Origin: Phoronis australis
Lineage: Eukaryota; Animalia; Phoronida
Assembly: GCA_002633005.1 (NCBI GenBank)
Contig: NMRA01000259.1
Span: 357,840-421,839 of the forward strand
Length of the DNA stretch: 64,000 nucleotides
Direction: 5' to 3'
In this document: positions 24,259-37,470 of the stretch, one piece after another
Layout of the letters: the number at the start of each line of letters is the position of its first letter
Numbering within the stretch: position 1 is the stretch's first letter
Made by a program: the position numbers and the translations under genes
Notes under the pieces: generated by a model
Database searches by the model: none
Told to the model about the DNA's origin: nothing
The model's input: only the letters and a program-made list of their open reading frames with translations

Positions 24259-24390
24259 CTGTCTATTCATGATGCGCTTGTATTCTTCATGGGTCCACTC
24301 TGTGGCGCTCAGTATTGGTAAGCGGCTGTAATCCGAGGTGGTGACAGACCGACGTTCCGTTGAAGTTGTCTCTTTAAGCGCAGCCGTTAC
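24259..24390 (-). CDS. exon 2: VTAALKETTSTERRSVTTSDYSRLPILSATEWTHEEYKRIMNRQ
   Basis: Acceptor TCTTTTGTTCTTCAAG; non-canonical donor CAG|GCAAGT; 132 nt, phase 0/0. Confidence 0.7.
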
Positions 24391-24756
24391 CTTGAAGAAC
24401 AAAAGAGGATGAGTATGTAACAATCTTCATCAATTTTTCACCGTAGATTCACCAACAATGTTTTGGAAATGAACATGATTTAAAAGCTTTGGCGATAAAT
24501 TTCACATAGGAGAATGGGCTACTTTTATAGACTTTTGTATTTTGTCGTTAGTAAAACTTTGCAGAGGACATGGCTCGATGGGATTTATTTACTTTAGAAT
24601 CGAATCCAGGTCGTTTATTTTTTAAAAAACACTGAGGCGCCGATTTGGTCGTGCGAAGAATAGAACCACGATTACTATTCGTTTTAGCATAACTGCGATG
24701 TATTAATGTGGTTCGTTTGTTATTTTATCTGTTAAAGTCAGAAAAGGCTGTTTTAC

Positions 24757-24993
24757 CGCTTCCGAAGACTCTAGTGGTATTGGCGGGATTCGCGGCGCAG
24801 ATCTTAACACCTTGCAACTTGAGTACTCATCCTTATAGCTGGATTTGAAACTCCGTGGGTCTTGTCCAAATACAAAATTGGACTTCCTGGAATACTTTGA
24901 GAGTTTGTGCCGTTGTGCGTCCACTATCTGAGGAAGCAACGGCATTGTGGGTCGCGTTACGTACCAACTGACGTCACGGTGTTGTTGCATCAT
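24757..24993 (-). CDS. exon 1 of uncharacterised (possibly ciliary/axonemal) protein
   Basis: Start context AAAAATGATG; translation includes 'SNFVFGQDPRSFKSSYKDEY'; donor GCG|GTAAAA in phase 0. Confidence 0.7.
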
Positions 24994-25159
24994 TTTTGTT
25001 ATGCGTCAGTCACTTCAAAAGGTCTGCGTTCCTCGGATGCTCAGTGATGACGTATCTATTATGACGCAATTTGGACCCGCAAATAGGAATAGGAATGAAT
25101 AGGCACTTAGTATTGTCAAAAAATTGCATATCTTGTATGCCAGTATTTTCCCATTTCAG

Positions 25160-25173
25160 GTAACCATGGTAGC
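25160..25173. promoter_or_regulatory. RFX X-box-like element upstream of the minus-strand gene
   Basis: GTAACCATGGTAGC has one mismatch to GTNRCC-N2-RGYAAC and lies about 170 bp 5' of the ATG. Several TGACG/CGTCA half-sites occur nearby. Confidence 0.4.
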
Positions 25174-25568
25174 ATTTTAGTTCTTGTTCCCGAGCAGTTG
25201 AGAAGGATGATTGACGGGTCCATAGCTTGGTAATAATGTCAAGGTGCTGTACAAAATATGGTGGTATTAGCGTAGGTCCTAGCGTTACTGAACGTACGCC
25301 TTCTGTTAACTTAGCTCTCTCCAGTGTTATCACACATAACGCCACAGGCCCCACGTGACTCGGACTAGTCACCCATGGTTCATTGCGTCATAAATAAATA
25401 GTTCTCAGTAAAGAAGCGGTGTATTTGCAAAATATATGAACATGTCAATTAAAAAGTTGTCATGAATGCTTTTAGTAATTTTGTTTTGGTTGGATGAACA
25501 ACAGAAAATCATCCCGTCCATATCAGCAGAAGGATGATAAAAAAAAGACTGACCTAATACCTGAATTA

Positions 25569-25718
25569 CCGTATTGTCGCGCCATTAGACACATGGACGT
25601 CCGAGTAGAACTGCGCTTAAATGCGAAACTTAGGCATACGCGCCAATATGCAAATCTCTTGGGTAAAAAGGCATTATTTCTGATATAGGCACATGGGCTG
25701 AAAGGCGCGGCAGTACGG
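25569..25718. mobile_element. Tc1/pogo-type MITE
   Basis: TA|CCGTATTGTCGCGCC...GGCGCGGCAGTACGG|TA, with imperfect TIRs and a TA TSD. Confidence 0.75.
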
Positions 25719-25744
25719 TAATACGGTAATACAAAACTATTTAC

Positions 25745-27600
25745 TGGCCTAATAGGTCATGTCAATCCAGAGCGATCTCCCACTAAACAAATAGAGTAGC
25801 CAAATAAATAGAACTAAAACTAGTTTTATTCTACTCTTAACAGGCACTGCCACTAATCATTCATTAATTAAAGACCCATTGTACCTAATTATTCATTAGT
25901 ACCCATTAACACTTTGAAGTGTAGAAATACCTATAATGTCATATTTATTTTGATCTTTGAACACTTAAAACCATCTAAATTATGTATGCCACAATTCTTC
26001 ACTTATTCGCACAAAAATGATTGCCAACAATTGTTAATATTTTTTCTATGAATTGTCTAGGGTTGGGATCCCACGTGAAAAGAAATTTGTTTTCAATTAT
26101 ATCAAACAGTTAAAAAATACAGTGAGGCGTTACATACTCACATTGAAAACTTGTATTATATTCTTGTTCTTATACACCTGTGGCAACTGCAACAGGACAT
26201 GCCACTCCAGAATCGACGCTGCAACCTAACCAACGTTAGACGCAGAGCGCATAACCATACTCTCTCGAGACAGACGGTTGCCAACAAGTATTCACACACC
26301 GCGCATTCTTGAGAGTTGTTTGCATTCGTTTGTTCCGGTTTGTGTACTTGCTATGGAATTTACTGTCATTAAAACTTGTCAAAACTCAGCCGTTTTTCAA
26401 TCGAGGTGGTTAAGAGCCGTATCATTAGAAAGCCCTTGGTCAGATTTTGATCATTTCACCAGAAGCCGTTGTTGTTTTACATAGTTGACTGGGAAATTGC
26501 GGGAAATTCCGCAAAACGTGGAAATTCTCTGTACAAACTCTTTCAGCTAGTCTGTGGGTCGCAAACTCTAATAATAGAATGCACGTGAGGGAGTTGGCAT
26601 TCCAGGGCTAAAGATTTATGTTGGTATATAATCCGGGGTATAGAACGGTCATTAAATTATTTCTTTTGCAGGTTTTTTGCGCTTTAATACATCTGTTACG
26701 AGACGATAAGTACGCTGCTTGAGTTAAAACAGTTGTTATAGATACTGGTAGTGAATATGCAGTTTTTCCTTTCAATAAAGACCGTTAACTCAAGCATGGC
26801 ATCAGTCAACAGAAATCGAAGCTATCGCAATGTGGTTTACTGTGACCTTCGCCCAGTGAGATACATTAACTACATAGCTCATTGCCTTCACCCCTGTTCC
26901 GACCCACGCCTTACTGGGAAGAGATGCAAGCTGAGTATGGGAACGCACACATGCCTGCCAGTACATTTTTTAACGTCTTTGCAACGTTTTCCCGTTTCTG
27001 TGGTGCTACGATGTAGCTCGGTTAAAATGATACGTATTTTATGTAGGCTTACTTATTACGCAGTTTTGCCGAAGCTGACAATAAATGTCTCAAAACCTTA
27101 GTTTTTATTTTTATTAGTAATCTCTTTTGTTGAACTATCAGGTTTGCGTCATATAACTGAAAAAAATGAAAAATATCTTCGTGGTTCGTCATCCACTGGC
27201 TACCGCAGACTTACGAGATTTATGAGGTTATAGGCTGTAATTATGTAAAGCATTTTGCCATTTGAATTTGACTCTTTTCCGTCAGTGCTATGGTTTTCTA
27301 TGTTTTTTTACAAACATTATTGTGGTTATAGCAAAAACTGTTGACATGAGCTATCCAAAACATTAGACAGCTCCCCTGTGATAAAGCCTGTAGCATTGAC
27401 CGACTTACTTTTGATGGGTTGAAGTGTACCAGCTGAGAACATTTAACAGATAATATGATGAAATTTTCAAGTCTGGTAATTACTTCCTCAGGTGTGATGC
27501 GATGTAAGGCCCCTTGTTTACAATCAAGTAGGACCTCGGAAAAATTCCAAACTTTGCTAGCTGACTGAACATCACATCATTCTATAGATATTTCAAAATG
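25745..27600. repeat. old dispersed repeat; homologous blocks recur at 43800-44152, 47620-48000 and 48510-48680
   Basis: Shared strings include gccaaataaatagaact, ggttggg.tccca.gtgaaaagaa, tttgccgaag.tg.caataaat and cagataatatgatg.aat.t...agtctggtaattac. Confidence 0.8.
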
Positions 27601-29074
27601 GTTGTCTTTTCATGTTCGTAACCCATTAGTACACCCCACCGCACAGCAGTGGAAATTTGCCGGCATTTTGATAGGTGTTAAAACGCTGTTACACCAGTAG
27701 GTTAAAACCTCTCCTCCGTGTCGCATGGCATCTGTAGGTTGCGCTGAACGCCAGTCCACCAAAGACCTGATCGCCGTCTGGCGGGATAGTGAACTTCAAC
27801 ATGGCATGGCTATTTCGAAAGTTACGTACTTAACACGAAAGATTCGTGAACGTACTTTTCACTGTTAGGGTACCTAGTAAATGAGAACAATAATGTTGAC
27901 CAAAATGAATGAAAACAGATCGTCATTCACCCACCAGTTAGTCGTTTCTAGTTTAAAAGCTGTTACGGCCGATTTAAACAAACTAGAATTATCTCCCGTG
28001 AATCTAGAGCAGCCTACTACGTCACACCCCTATACGTGTAAGCCTAACCACAAGAGCTACTGTTACTTTTAATTGGCACAAACTCCCCTGTTTTTCGTCG
28101 CGTCATCCGCGTGGGCTTGAGAAAAGTATCTGAAGCACACTTGTTCACCATGCTGTTCTGAATGTCACTAATCGCACAGCGCAGCGTCACACACAAGCAA
28201 TATAAAGCCTCCATTGTGATCTTGATGTTGGCTTGTGACTAAGTGATTAATTTCTCGCGCATTTTTGAAATTTGCCACTTATAATGTACGTCGAGATAAT
28301 TAATGATCCCAATCCACCATACAATTTTTTAGATATCAAACTTCAAGATATATTGACATAAAATTGACATCTACCAATACGCATGTACTTCTTTAAAGTT
28401 AGGAGATTTTTCGCCGTTTTTGTCAAGGAGTGATGGTGTTAAAGAGCAAAACATCTCTAACTATACTTTTTAAATGTTTATCACGAAAAATATTTTATCC
28501 TATACGCGTTGAATCTGTCGAGTGCAATACGGCCATGTAATAATGTTTCCCGTATTCACCTCCCGCACTACTTCAACAGTGACCTCTGACATGGAAAGTT
28601 CAAAAGGTAGGTCAATGTCGGCTCGACGTCTTTAGCCGGTTCGATCATCAAACATTTCGAATTTAGTTTAAAGTAATACAGTTGCAGCAGTATAAACAAC
28701 ACTCGACATACAATCAGGCTCTAAACGTAACATCTGCTAAAAAAATGTTAATTATGTGACACTTCTGTCTCAGTTTTCAATTGCTAAGTCGTCTGCAACT
28801 CAGGTGCCGATTCCTTGGTAACTGCAACTTCAAATACTGTTGCTTTTTAACTATTTTCAGGAGATGTTACAAGTTCAATACACAGTTACCATTGTTTTCA
28901 TCTTTGTTATCTCTCTTTCGTAATAAATCTTTACATTTAAATCTGTTTCTTTTACTAGAGAAAACTACCTACCGCGCAAGTACATACATATAGGATGTGA
29001 TCCGCCGCGTGAACAGTTTGATTTAAAAAATTTATTTAAAAAATATGCTGAAAAAATGAAAGAAACTTAGGAAT

Positions 29075-29205
29075 TCGAAGTGTATGGGATAAATACTCGA
29101 CATTATTCCGCGTATCGACATCGAGCTTAGGCCTCGGTCAATAGGCGGAAAAATGTCTCGTGGGATATTATTTCATGTATACCACTCTCGTAACGTTTCG
29201 TATAT
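29075..29205. mobile_element. short palindromic element (Crypton-like MITE)
   Basis: An imperfect hairpin centred on tatcgacatcgagcttaggcctcggtcaata, similar to the 'ttgaccgagg..gcctcggtcaa' cores of invertebrate palindromic repeats. Confidence 0.45.
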
Positions 29206-31559
29206 GTACAATAATTCGAATTAATCCCATATGTCGTCTGAAAGGTTCAACAGCCAGATGCAATACAGTACAAGATATCGACACCTCCATATGTCTGCAT
29301 CGTCCATGTGCAGAAAATCCACCAAACAGTCCCATGTAGATTTCGATAAGAGCATTGATCTACAACTAGTGCTGCATTTCCATTTCTAAAAGCTGTGACG
29401 TCAGTGTCCGACTCATTTGGTGAATCCTTAGATTCTGGTCATCATACAACTTATTAAATTGCTAGAATAAAGAGATCCAAAATGGACCCACTGTGATGAC
29501 GACAAAATCTTAAACTGCTCTTTTGAAGAAGCACAAAAAACCAAGCGTATAATATGCTTAATTTTCATCCAATCGAACCTCTACAACCGCTTATCAAAGA
29601 AGTAAAGAATAGCCAACATCTACACAGAACCCTAGACAGGGCAAGTATACACAGTATGCTTACATCTGCCGAGCTTAGAATCTCAGTTCCTCTAGTATTT
29701 CGTTTTCGGCATCGCTGTTAAGAACTGCCGGAAGCGCTCATCAGTAAGAAGATTATGCTTGACCCCGGTGTTGACCCCCTAGTGGATCACCATTTCACCA
29801 ATTATTTTCTTACTCTCCAAACAGACAAATAGCATAAACACCATATTGCAGTATGAGATGGTAACAAATGTATGTTTGTAAGTCGTTCCAACTCATGCGC
29901 ACAAAATTAGTGCACTATAACTGAGATGAGCTATTGGGTGAGTTCAAGTTCGAGTTCAGCTCAGAGGTCATGGAAATTCCAAGTCTCAAATTTTGATCGT
30001 TGGCATGACGTCAACAGCATTGTTCAACAAGCGCAACATGACAAGTGATGGAATGACGGCATTGTGTGACGTGTGATGGAATGACAGCATTGTTATTTCG
30101 GTCTAAGTTAAGACCAAAATAGCTTTATGAAACGGGGCCCAGGTGAATTTGTTGTTCAGTGCTTTTTCTTCACTGAAGTTAACTATTGCAACGGGTTCCT
30201 GGTTTCTATATGATACTCTTAAATGCGCATCTAATGTTTTGTGGATGCGATTCCCCACCTTACTTTCCAAGCAGTCCTATCCCGAATCCGGTTTCTCTTT
30301 CTCTTAAAAATGATCCTCCAGTAGATGGTGCTTAACTAAAATGCGAGAATTAGAGAATGCGCACCAAAGATATTTCAAGTATTATGGACACACAGGTGTG
30401 CGTTGTCTATTTCTTCATTCGACATGTAATTGCCTTATGATATGCTATTTTGAACACTGGAATATAGTTTGTTCAGTTTGCATAATTTAGTGCTAATTGC
30501 CACTGCTTTGTTTATTATGCGCATGTTTGGCGCCAGTGCCTTTGCTTTATTTACAATTGAATGAACACATACAGATTCAGTTAGGCACGTGCTGCAGTGA
30601 CTTCTAATGAATGGTTTACCATGGTAGGTTTGTCTAACTTGTTTTGATATAGCATCTAGATTTTCAGTTACATGGCCTGCTCCTTGCGATCAATTTACAT
30701 TTGGACGTTCCCCTTATAACAGTGCTTTAAGTTCAGGTAGTCTTCCACATTCACTAACTTTGCAGTGGTGGTTCTACGAGGGGTTCATGGTTTTACACCC
30801 TCCCTCCCCCTGCTCTTTGAGACAAGATCAAAAAAATATAAATTAAAAAAACGTCGCCAGCAAAACGAAAGCGGCACCGCCAGCGTGGGTAAAGCCCAAG
30901 TTTTTGTGACTCGTCGGAAAGTCGCGCAGAGTTCAGTTTTGAGCGCGCTTCCGTCGATACTTACGAAGTAGCCAAGCACTTTAAATGGATCCACTGCGGA
31001 AAAAGCAAAGAACTGCAGTTGCTTTTTAGGTAACTGGCGTCTTTTCTCTAAGGTGTGTTTTGACTAGGGAAAATACTGTGGTACCGCAACCCTGATGTTC
31101 ACGTGAATCGACGTGCAACGTTTTTACCTCATCTGTCATGCCTCGACATGCTGTCAAATTCTACACGTTTCTAACATAAATCTGAATGTTGTATAATAAA
31201 ATTGTCGTGCGCATTAAACATACAGTGTACATGTAATGTGTATATTTAAAAAATGATCAACTCGTTTTTCGGAGAATTGTGTGGTCCTTTGTAAGGGTCG
31301 TTGTGGCGGATGCTGTGGTTTAGTCGCGAGGCCGTTTCAAGATACAGCCTAGCAAGTTAGGTCTATACAAGGAATGAAGGGGGTGGGGTCAGTCGTATTA
31401 ACAAGGTGACCGCATTCGCGATCAGTGTACAGTACCAGAAATTGCGGGTAGGCTGTACTTTCTCAATCTTGCGGGACCTAAGGAGCCATGGGTCTGACCT
31501 CAGCACTGACCGCCTTCCTATCCGCAATAAGCATCACTGTCGTCTTCTATACCGGGAAT

Positions 31560-32780
31560 TTGCGCTGAAAGGCCCATCCAGTGAAACGTCCATGCCTATG
31601 GGCGTTTATTTGGTGTTACAATATTGGGTTTCACGTGTTCAGGCATTGGGACGCTTATTCCGAAAATTACAAGACATGCAAACTGGTCCTGGGATGCATC
31701 ATCTTTGACAACAGCGCAAGGTTTGAAGTAGACCGTGATGAACGGATCAAATATAGTTGCGCTTGTTACCCTTTTGAATGGACTTGACAACCTGAAGGGA
31801 CTTAGTGCCAAGCTGCAAAAAAACAGATGCTGACATTGTAGAGGCTGATAAGCTCATTGACACAGCAGCTGAAGAAGTGCAACATCGAAGATGCCTGGGT
31901 TGAATGGTTCAAAGACGCGCAAGCCATAGCTGAGAATATTGGATCCGATATCCGGATTCCTCGGCAGTCCAGACACCAGAAGCATAGGGCAAACTCACCT
32001 GCAGAAACACCCAGGTCATTTTGTACATAATGTCGGTTTTCTGACTTACTTTTTTCTTTGCTGCTTGTGTAGAATGAAAACGAAAATGAAATCATTTTCG
32101 GACATCATGCCAAATTTACCCACGCACAAAGTTTGATTCTAGTTTGTATTTCCACCAGGCTCTTTATCTGCTTAATAACCAAAATCAATGTCAAATTAAA
32201 TTTGCTGTCAATACGCGTTTGTTCCAGGGAGTACTGCAGAAGAACAGTGTGAATAGACTACCCTTCCTAGACAACCTCCCGCAGCAGTTGACCACCAAAT
32301 TTTCGAAAGATAACAGGCAGGTGGAAGCTGTCATTTCTTGTGACATTAGCGGAATGAGGGATGCAGACTTAAGCTCACCGCAGAGTCGCGTGCATTTCTG
32401 AGACATAGACTTGCCATTACCAGATTACGCGGTTGGGGTACTTTAAAAAAACATTGTTCTCATCTTAATTTTCATCAAATTTGTTGAAATTAAAATTTTA
32501 GTTGGTATTTAACGGGTATTTTTATGGTTTGTGCTGTATATTTGGCTCAGTTGAGGGCCCTCTTGGAAACCAGTGCTATCACTGAAGAGGCCACCCTCAT
32601 TTTAAATATCACAATAATAAATAAATAAATAAATAGTTGGCATTAGTATGGTGGTTTTCAATTATTGGTGACACTAACACCAGTACAGAATTGTGAGCCG
32701 TGAGTGGTACTATATAATGAGACGAACAACCGAAATTCTTATGGATTTAGTCCGGCAAATATTGTAAACCTTACGATTTT
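31560..32780 (+). mobile_element. decayed hAT transposase (THAP12/P52rIPK/ZMYM1-like clade)
   Basis: Interrupted translation gives 'LKGLSAKLQK', 'IEDAWVEWFKDAQAIAENIGSDIRIPRQSRHQKHRANSPAETP', 'LPFLDNLPQQLTTKFS' and a dimerisation-domain-like 'TPVQNCE'. Confidence 0.8.
32555..32635 (+). mobile_element. LINE/SINE 3' tail with (TAAA)n
   Basis: A stem-loop-like gggccctcttggaaaccagtg...gaagaggccaccctc is followed by aataaataaataaataaata. Confidence 0.55.
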
Positions 32781-35001
32781 GCCAGGGTTATTTCTCTAGA
32801 GATGATAACGGATATCTTCTCTGGAGAAAATACGGAAATAGTTCCGACGTATTTCACGGTGTGATAACACTGTTATATCGCCTATGTATGTTAATGTTTG
32901 ATATACAAAATTTACCAAGAAAGATACGGCAGAGGTAAGAATGGTTTTGTTTGTGAAAAGCATTGCCGTGCATGTTAGTCACTTTTTATGAATGTATTCA
33001 TGAAAACATGCTTCAGTTCTGTTTATTAAAGTAAAATGTTGACCAACTGAAACATAAATATCAGACAAAATTTGTAGTTGGTGTCATCAGTAGAAACACA
33101 ATTCAATACAACTAAACAACTAACATCCACAGTCCCATAAAAAATACAATGCAAACAAATTTAAATTTCAGAAAATTCTGACATGCAAACTCGATAAAAA
33201 TACATCATCCTATGCTTTTTGGTGCGCGATAAAGATTTTTCAAAGAAATCTTCCAAAAGTATTCAATAAATTGTCTAACTAATCTCGCTTGCTGAACATC
33301 CAGATTCACTGCCTTCCATAAAATCACTTCGGAAACTGATTTACTGTGTGTAACTGCTATAAGATCACTCCTACACATTCTTAGGTAATTTGATTATCGT
33401 ATTAAATTGTATAACATCACATCTTAATCTTAATTTATTAACATCGATTTCTAGGAAGTTTAAAATCAAGTAAAACCAAATCCAAAAACTCAAGCTGCAA
33501 AGCAAGTGTTAGTTCAGTGGTTGTAAGCAGACGTTGCGTAACACCTCACAGAACTAAATGTTCTGGGATTCTGACAAGCTGTGCGCGCGCGTGCGTAACG
33601 CGGTAGATCAGCGAAAAGCATCACTACTAAAACCTGTGTCACAAGAACATTTATGTTTTTACATAAAGGGTTTGTAGTAATAACTGCATCAAACGCTCGA
33701 TTTTGATAGAAAGTTTCGTGAAGCACATGTACTGTCTCTCATTTCTATGAGCATCGATAAAACTAGCGTTAAGGTCGGAAAACGCTGTCTAAATAAGAGA
33801 AAATAAATATTGGATAGCCCACAGTTAAATCCCAGTACTGCTCTTATTCTTCTCCAACGTTTAGGCGAACCTTTAGAGCCATATTATCAATAGTTTTCCA
33901 AACAGGGTCATAGAATATAAGGTTCGTTTGTAATGGTAAAAAAAATGAAATTTCTGGTGAACTAGAGTTCTTTAGTAATGTTGATTTTGATCCCGACATG
34001 AGGTTTTCACTCTTTTTTCAGGGAAGAGCGTTTCCGGATGATGTCAAGAGAACTGATTGGTGGAATTCAATGAGACCTAACACAGGGGTTTGTGACGGCA
34101 ATTTATTGTCGATAAACGCTGCCGAAGAATATGAGCACGTTACTTGCAGACGGAGTGAGGGAGAGAGACAATAGTATATGGCGTGCATAATGTATGAATA
34201 CAACTCGTAAAAAGTCTATTCTTGTGACCATGCCTAAAACCCTTCACACCATTGTAATAAATGCTTCAATTTGGTTACTAACAATTTTGGCGTGATATTT
34301 TAAGTATTTCTTCTTCAACTTGTGTACTTGTAATCAAGAAATAAACGCAAAAATTAAACATTTTGTATTACGTCGTCAGTGGCACCCCGGTGTCCGCCAT
34401 TGTGTGCTCAACACCAGTCGTGAGCTGGAGTGGTCTTGAAAAGAGTTGAATGTTGCTAGTGACTGTGACTAGTATTTTGAAAAGGTGAGTGTAGGATACA
34501 GTAATAGCAATTTCAGTTTTGTATTTCCAAAGGACACTTAAGATCGCCCAGAAATGACACAGGTTCGTGCATCGGACACGGGCATGGCAGTACACGGCCG
34601 AGCAAGCGACCAGTTCAGGGGCCATGCTGTGCTCAGCCCTTTCAGACATGGGCGGCGCAGCACTGAAATAAGTGGGGACTATAACCTCCTAGCCCCCTAT
34701 GGAGCTCCGCCCATGTCTGAAGAATCGTGGTTCGACCCGTCGCAGGAACGGTGATTTAATGAAGGTATAAATGCATTTGATGTACAAAAAGCGTGTATTG
34801 TGTTGCACCATTGCTGGGAACGTGAATGTCAAGCGCGTATCGTGTAAATACCTCAACATCAAGTTGTGACTGAGATAATGGATGTGACTTCATCACTCTA
34901 TTCTTGTTCATTGTGGGAATGCATGCTATCCGCATATACGTCAATACCCAATAGTATAAAATGGAATGTAAATGTCAGGCAAAGAGTTTGATATCACGGC
35001 C

Positions 35002-35248
35002 CATGCACGCACCCAGGGGGGCTTGGGAGGCTCCAAAGATCCCCCTCCCCTCCATTTGGCGAAGTTGGAAAAAGGTTCGCCTCAGAGAAACAAAAAGTCC
35101 GAGAAAACGAGACAAAAGTCCACTAAAAAGGCGCAGACGCACAGTGCGGTACCCCTTTCGTTTTTTAGTCCTTCCGCGTTTTTGTCAGCAAAGGGTCCAC
35201 ATCGCCAGAAATTCGAGCCCCCCATATTGAAGGCTGGGTGCGCGCATG
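35002..35248. mobile_element. CATG-ended MITE with 5-bp TSD (CGGCC)
   Basis: cggcc|CATGCACGCACCCAG...CTGGGTGCGCGCATG|cggcc. Relatives lie at about 23387-23589, 57601-57658 and 61628-61810. Confidence 0.85.
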
Positions 35249-37288
35249 CGGCCGCAGCCGGAACAGACGAACAGTACAAAGCTTTCATAACTTTGGGACA
35301 GAAAAGACAGAAATGAATATCACTTACCAGAAAAAAATCCAGTTACCATCACAATAATTAGACATCATCATTCCTGCACGCACTCGGCATTCTTATTCAC
35401 AATACAGTAAATGTTGATTGTAGTTAATCAAAATTGTACAAAGTGACGCAAAATTGTCTAACAATAATATCTCTAAAATAACACATAAGCAAAAACACAT
35501 TATATTGCACATGGGTCTTCTGCCAAGCATATGTGCGTCGTCATGAGATTAATAAATAGACTTTTCGGCCAGTTCCTCGTAGAGTTCCGTATACACAAGA
35601 ATCTCTCTTAGAAGGCTAATATGGCAACGTGCTTCGATTGCAATACGTGAATTTATTTTATTGGTAAAAACATATTTTTGACAGAATATTTTTAAAAAAA
35701 ATAATTGCAGGCGGAAAACAAAAATATTTTGGTTAATCATAATCAGATTTATGACTTTTTGCTAAAGCCAAAAGACAAAAGTCGAGAAACAGGCTCCGTT
35801 AAATAGACTATCTGTAGAGATCTCTTCATGTGCGTGCCATTTCAAGCAGCCTGTGTTTGAGTTGATCAGACAAGTCAATATGTATCGTATCCAATATTAA
35901 CTACCAGATTACCGATTATAGATTGAATAATTCGAATGAGTCTAACATTTTGAATATTCAATTAGGTAGAGTAAACAAACTAATATTCACATGCGCGTCC
36001 CATGTTAAGGGACGTTAAAACCGTTGTTTTTTGAAAGATCGTAACTAGATTGTTAAAAGGTTGCATTCCCGACATATTAGGGATTGTCAAAAACTGCTTT
36101 TTCCTGGGAACCACCTATGCTTAACTTCGGAATCCGTTAAAAAATGCTTATGATTTTTTTCATTAAACCGGTAACTTGTAAGGCCATTCACGTTTTCATG
36201 GTCAGTAATCATATTGTTCGGTAACCTTCGATACAAAGAAAAAAAAATCTTCAAATTGCTGAAATGAGAGCCTTAACTTCATTACAATTGCAAATTGCTG
36301 CTATCACTAGTCACCCCAATATCGGCTCACCAGTGAAGGCGAGGCCAGGGGGATGTACCTCACTCCATGAATATTTCTGTGTCCTAACAACTCCGGAATA
36401 TTCACGGACTGTGTGGCATAAATTCATCATCAAACATTATTCTCGCCATCAGAAATTTGTTTTAAGAGAAATGTGTATTTTATTGTCGGGTTCCCATAGA
36501 GGCCATTGTAAAGATAATCTTGTTTACTCTACCTAGTTCACCACCGTGCCAGTGTGCCTGTGCTGCGCGCGCTCAACTCCAAACTGCGGACTCTTGTTCT
36601 ACAAATTTACGCTCTGGGATGCGCACGCATCGGCTTCCGTTATCCGTAACAAGGTCAGTACAAGACGATATTTTCTTTTTGAACTCGAATGAAACTAGCT
36701 TTAACGACGAGAGATCAAGAGGCTGGGTACGCTCCACACTTGTGGCGACAATTACTCGCTTGTAGAACGGAATCATTAAATTCTTTCCCATAATTCAACA
36801 TTACAGCTCCCCAAACAATCCTTCATTGTCCGCCATTTTGTAAGTGTAGGCTAGTTAAGTCCCGAGCTCACTCGCCTTTCACTCGTCTTGCGAGATCTTA
36901 ATTTTAAATTTTCGTGATTGTCTTGTGTCCACGGAACGCACCCCCGGACTGCCCGGTCCTCCACGCCCGGCTCAAATACCTCATTCCAATTCTTGAGATC
37001 TGGGATCTGTTTGATGAAAAGTGACTTAAGACTCCGCTTCCACGTTACAGTTGCTGAATAAAGTTTTTGCCAAGCAATGAGTGCGTCACAGTCCAGAAAT
37101 GATGTATTGAAAGTGTGACAGTAACGAATAGTTATTTGCAACTCCTCAGAGATGTTGCATTTTTGGTCAAGTGAGATTAAAGTTAGAAAAAGATGTGTGA
37201 AACGCAAGGTCATATTTTCAAGTCTTAAGTCTTTTTTCATGATACAGGTTTATGTTTTCGAGCAAAAGATGGCTTGTTACAACGGTAT

Positions 37289-37470
37289 TTAGTAGTATCC
37301 CTCACAAAACTGGTATACGAGGCGTTTTGAATGTTCCGTTTTTTTAATAATCCCCTTCTTGTAATACTGTCTGACTGATCGACTAAGTTTGTCATAGTTC
37401 ATTGCAGGACGATTTTTTCGTTTGCCCCAGAGTTGAGATACTTTCGTTGAGTCTTCGATTTTGAAAATCC
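37289..37470 (-). CDS. SPDEF: SPDEF-like last exon, C-terminal part of the ETS domain
   Basis: GIFKIEDSTKVSQLWGKRKNRPAMNYDKLSRSVRQYYKKGIIKKTEHSKRLVYQFCEGYY*, the PDEF-subfamily ETS signature. Acceptor TTATTTTTAG. Confidence 0.95.

Noticed and set aside
36851-37240. 129-aa ORF directly downstream of the SPDEF stop
   Set aside because: No recognisable motif; most likely 3' UTR or repeat sequence.
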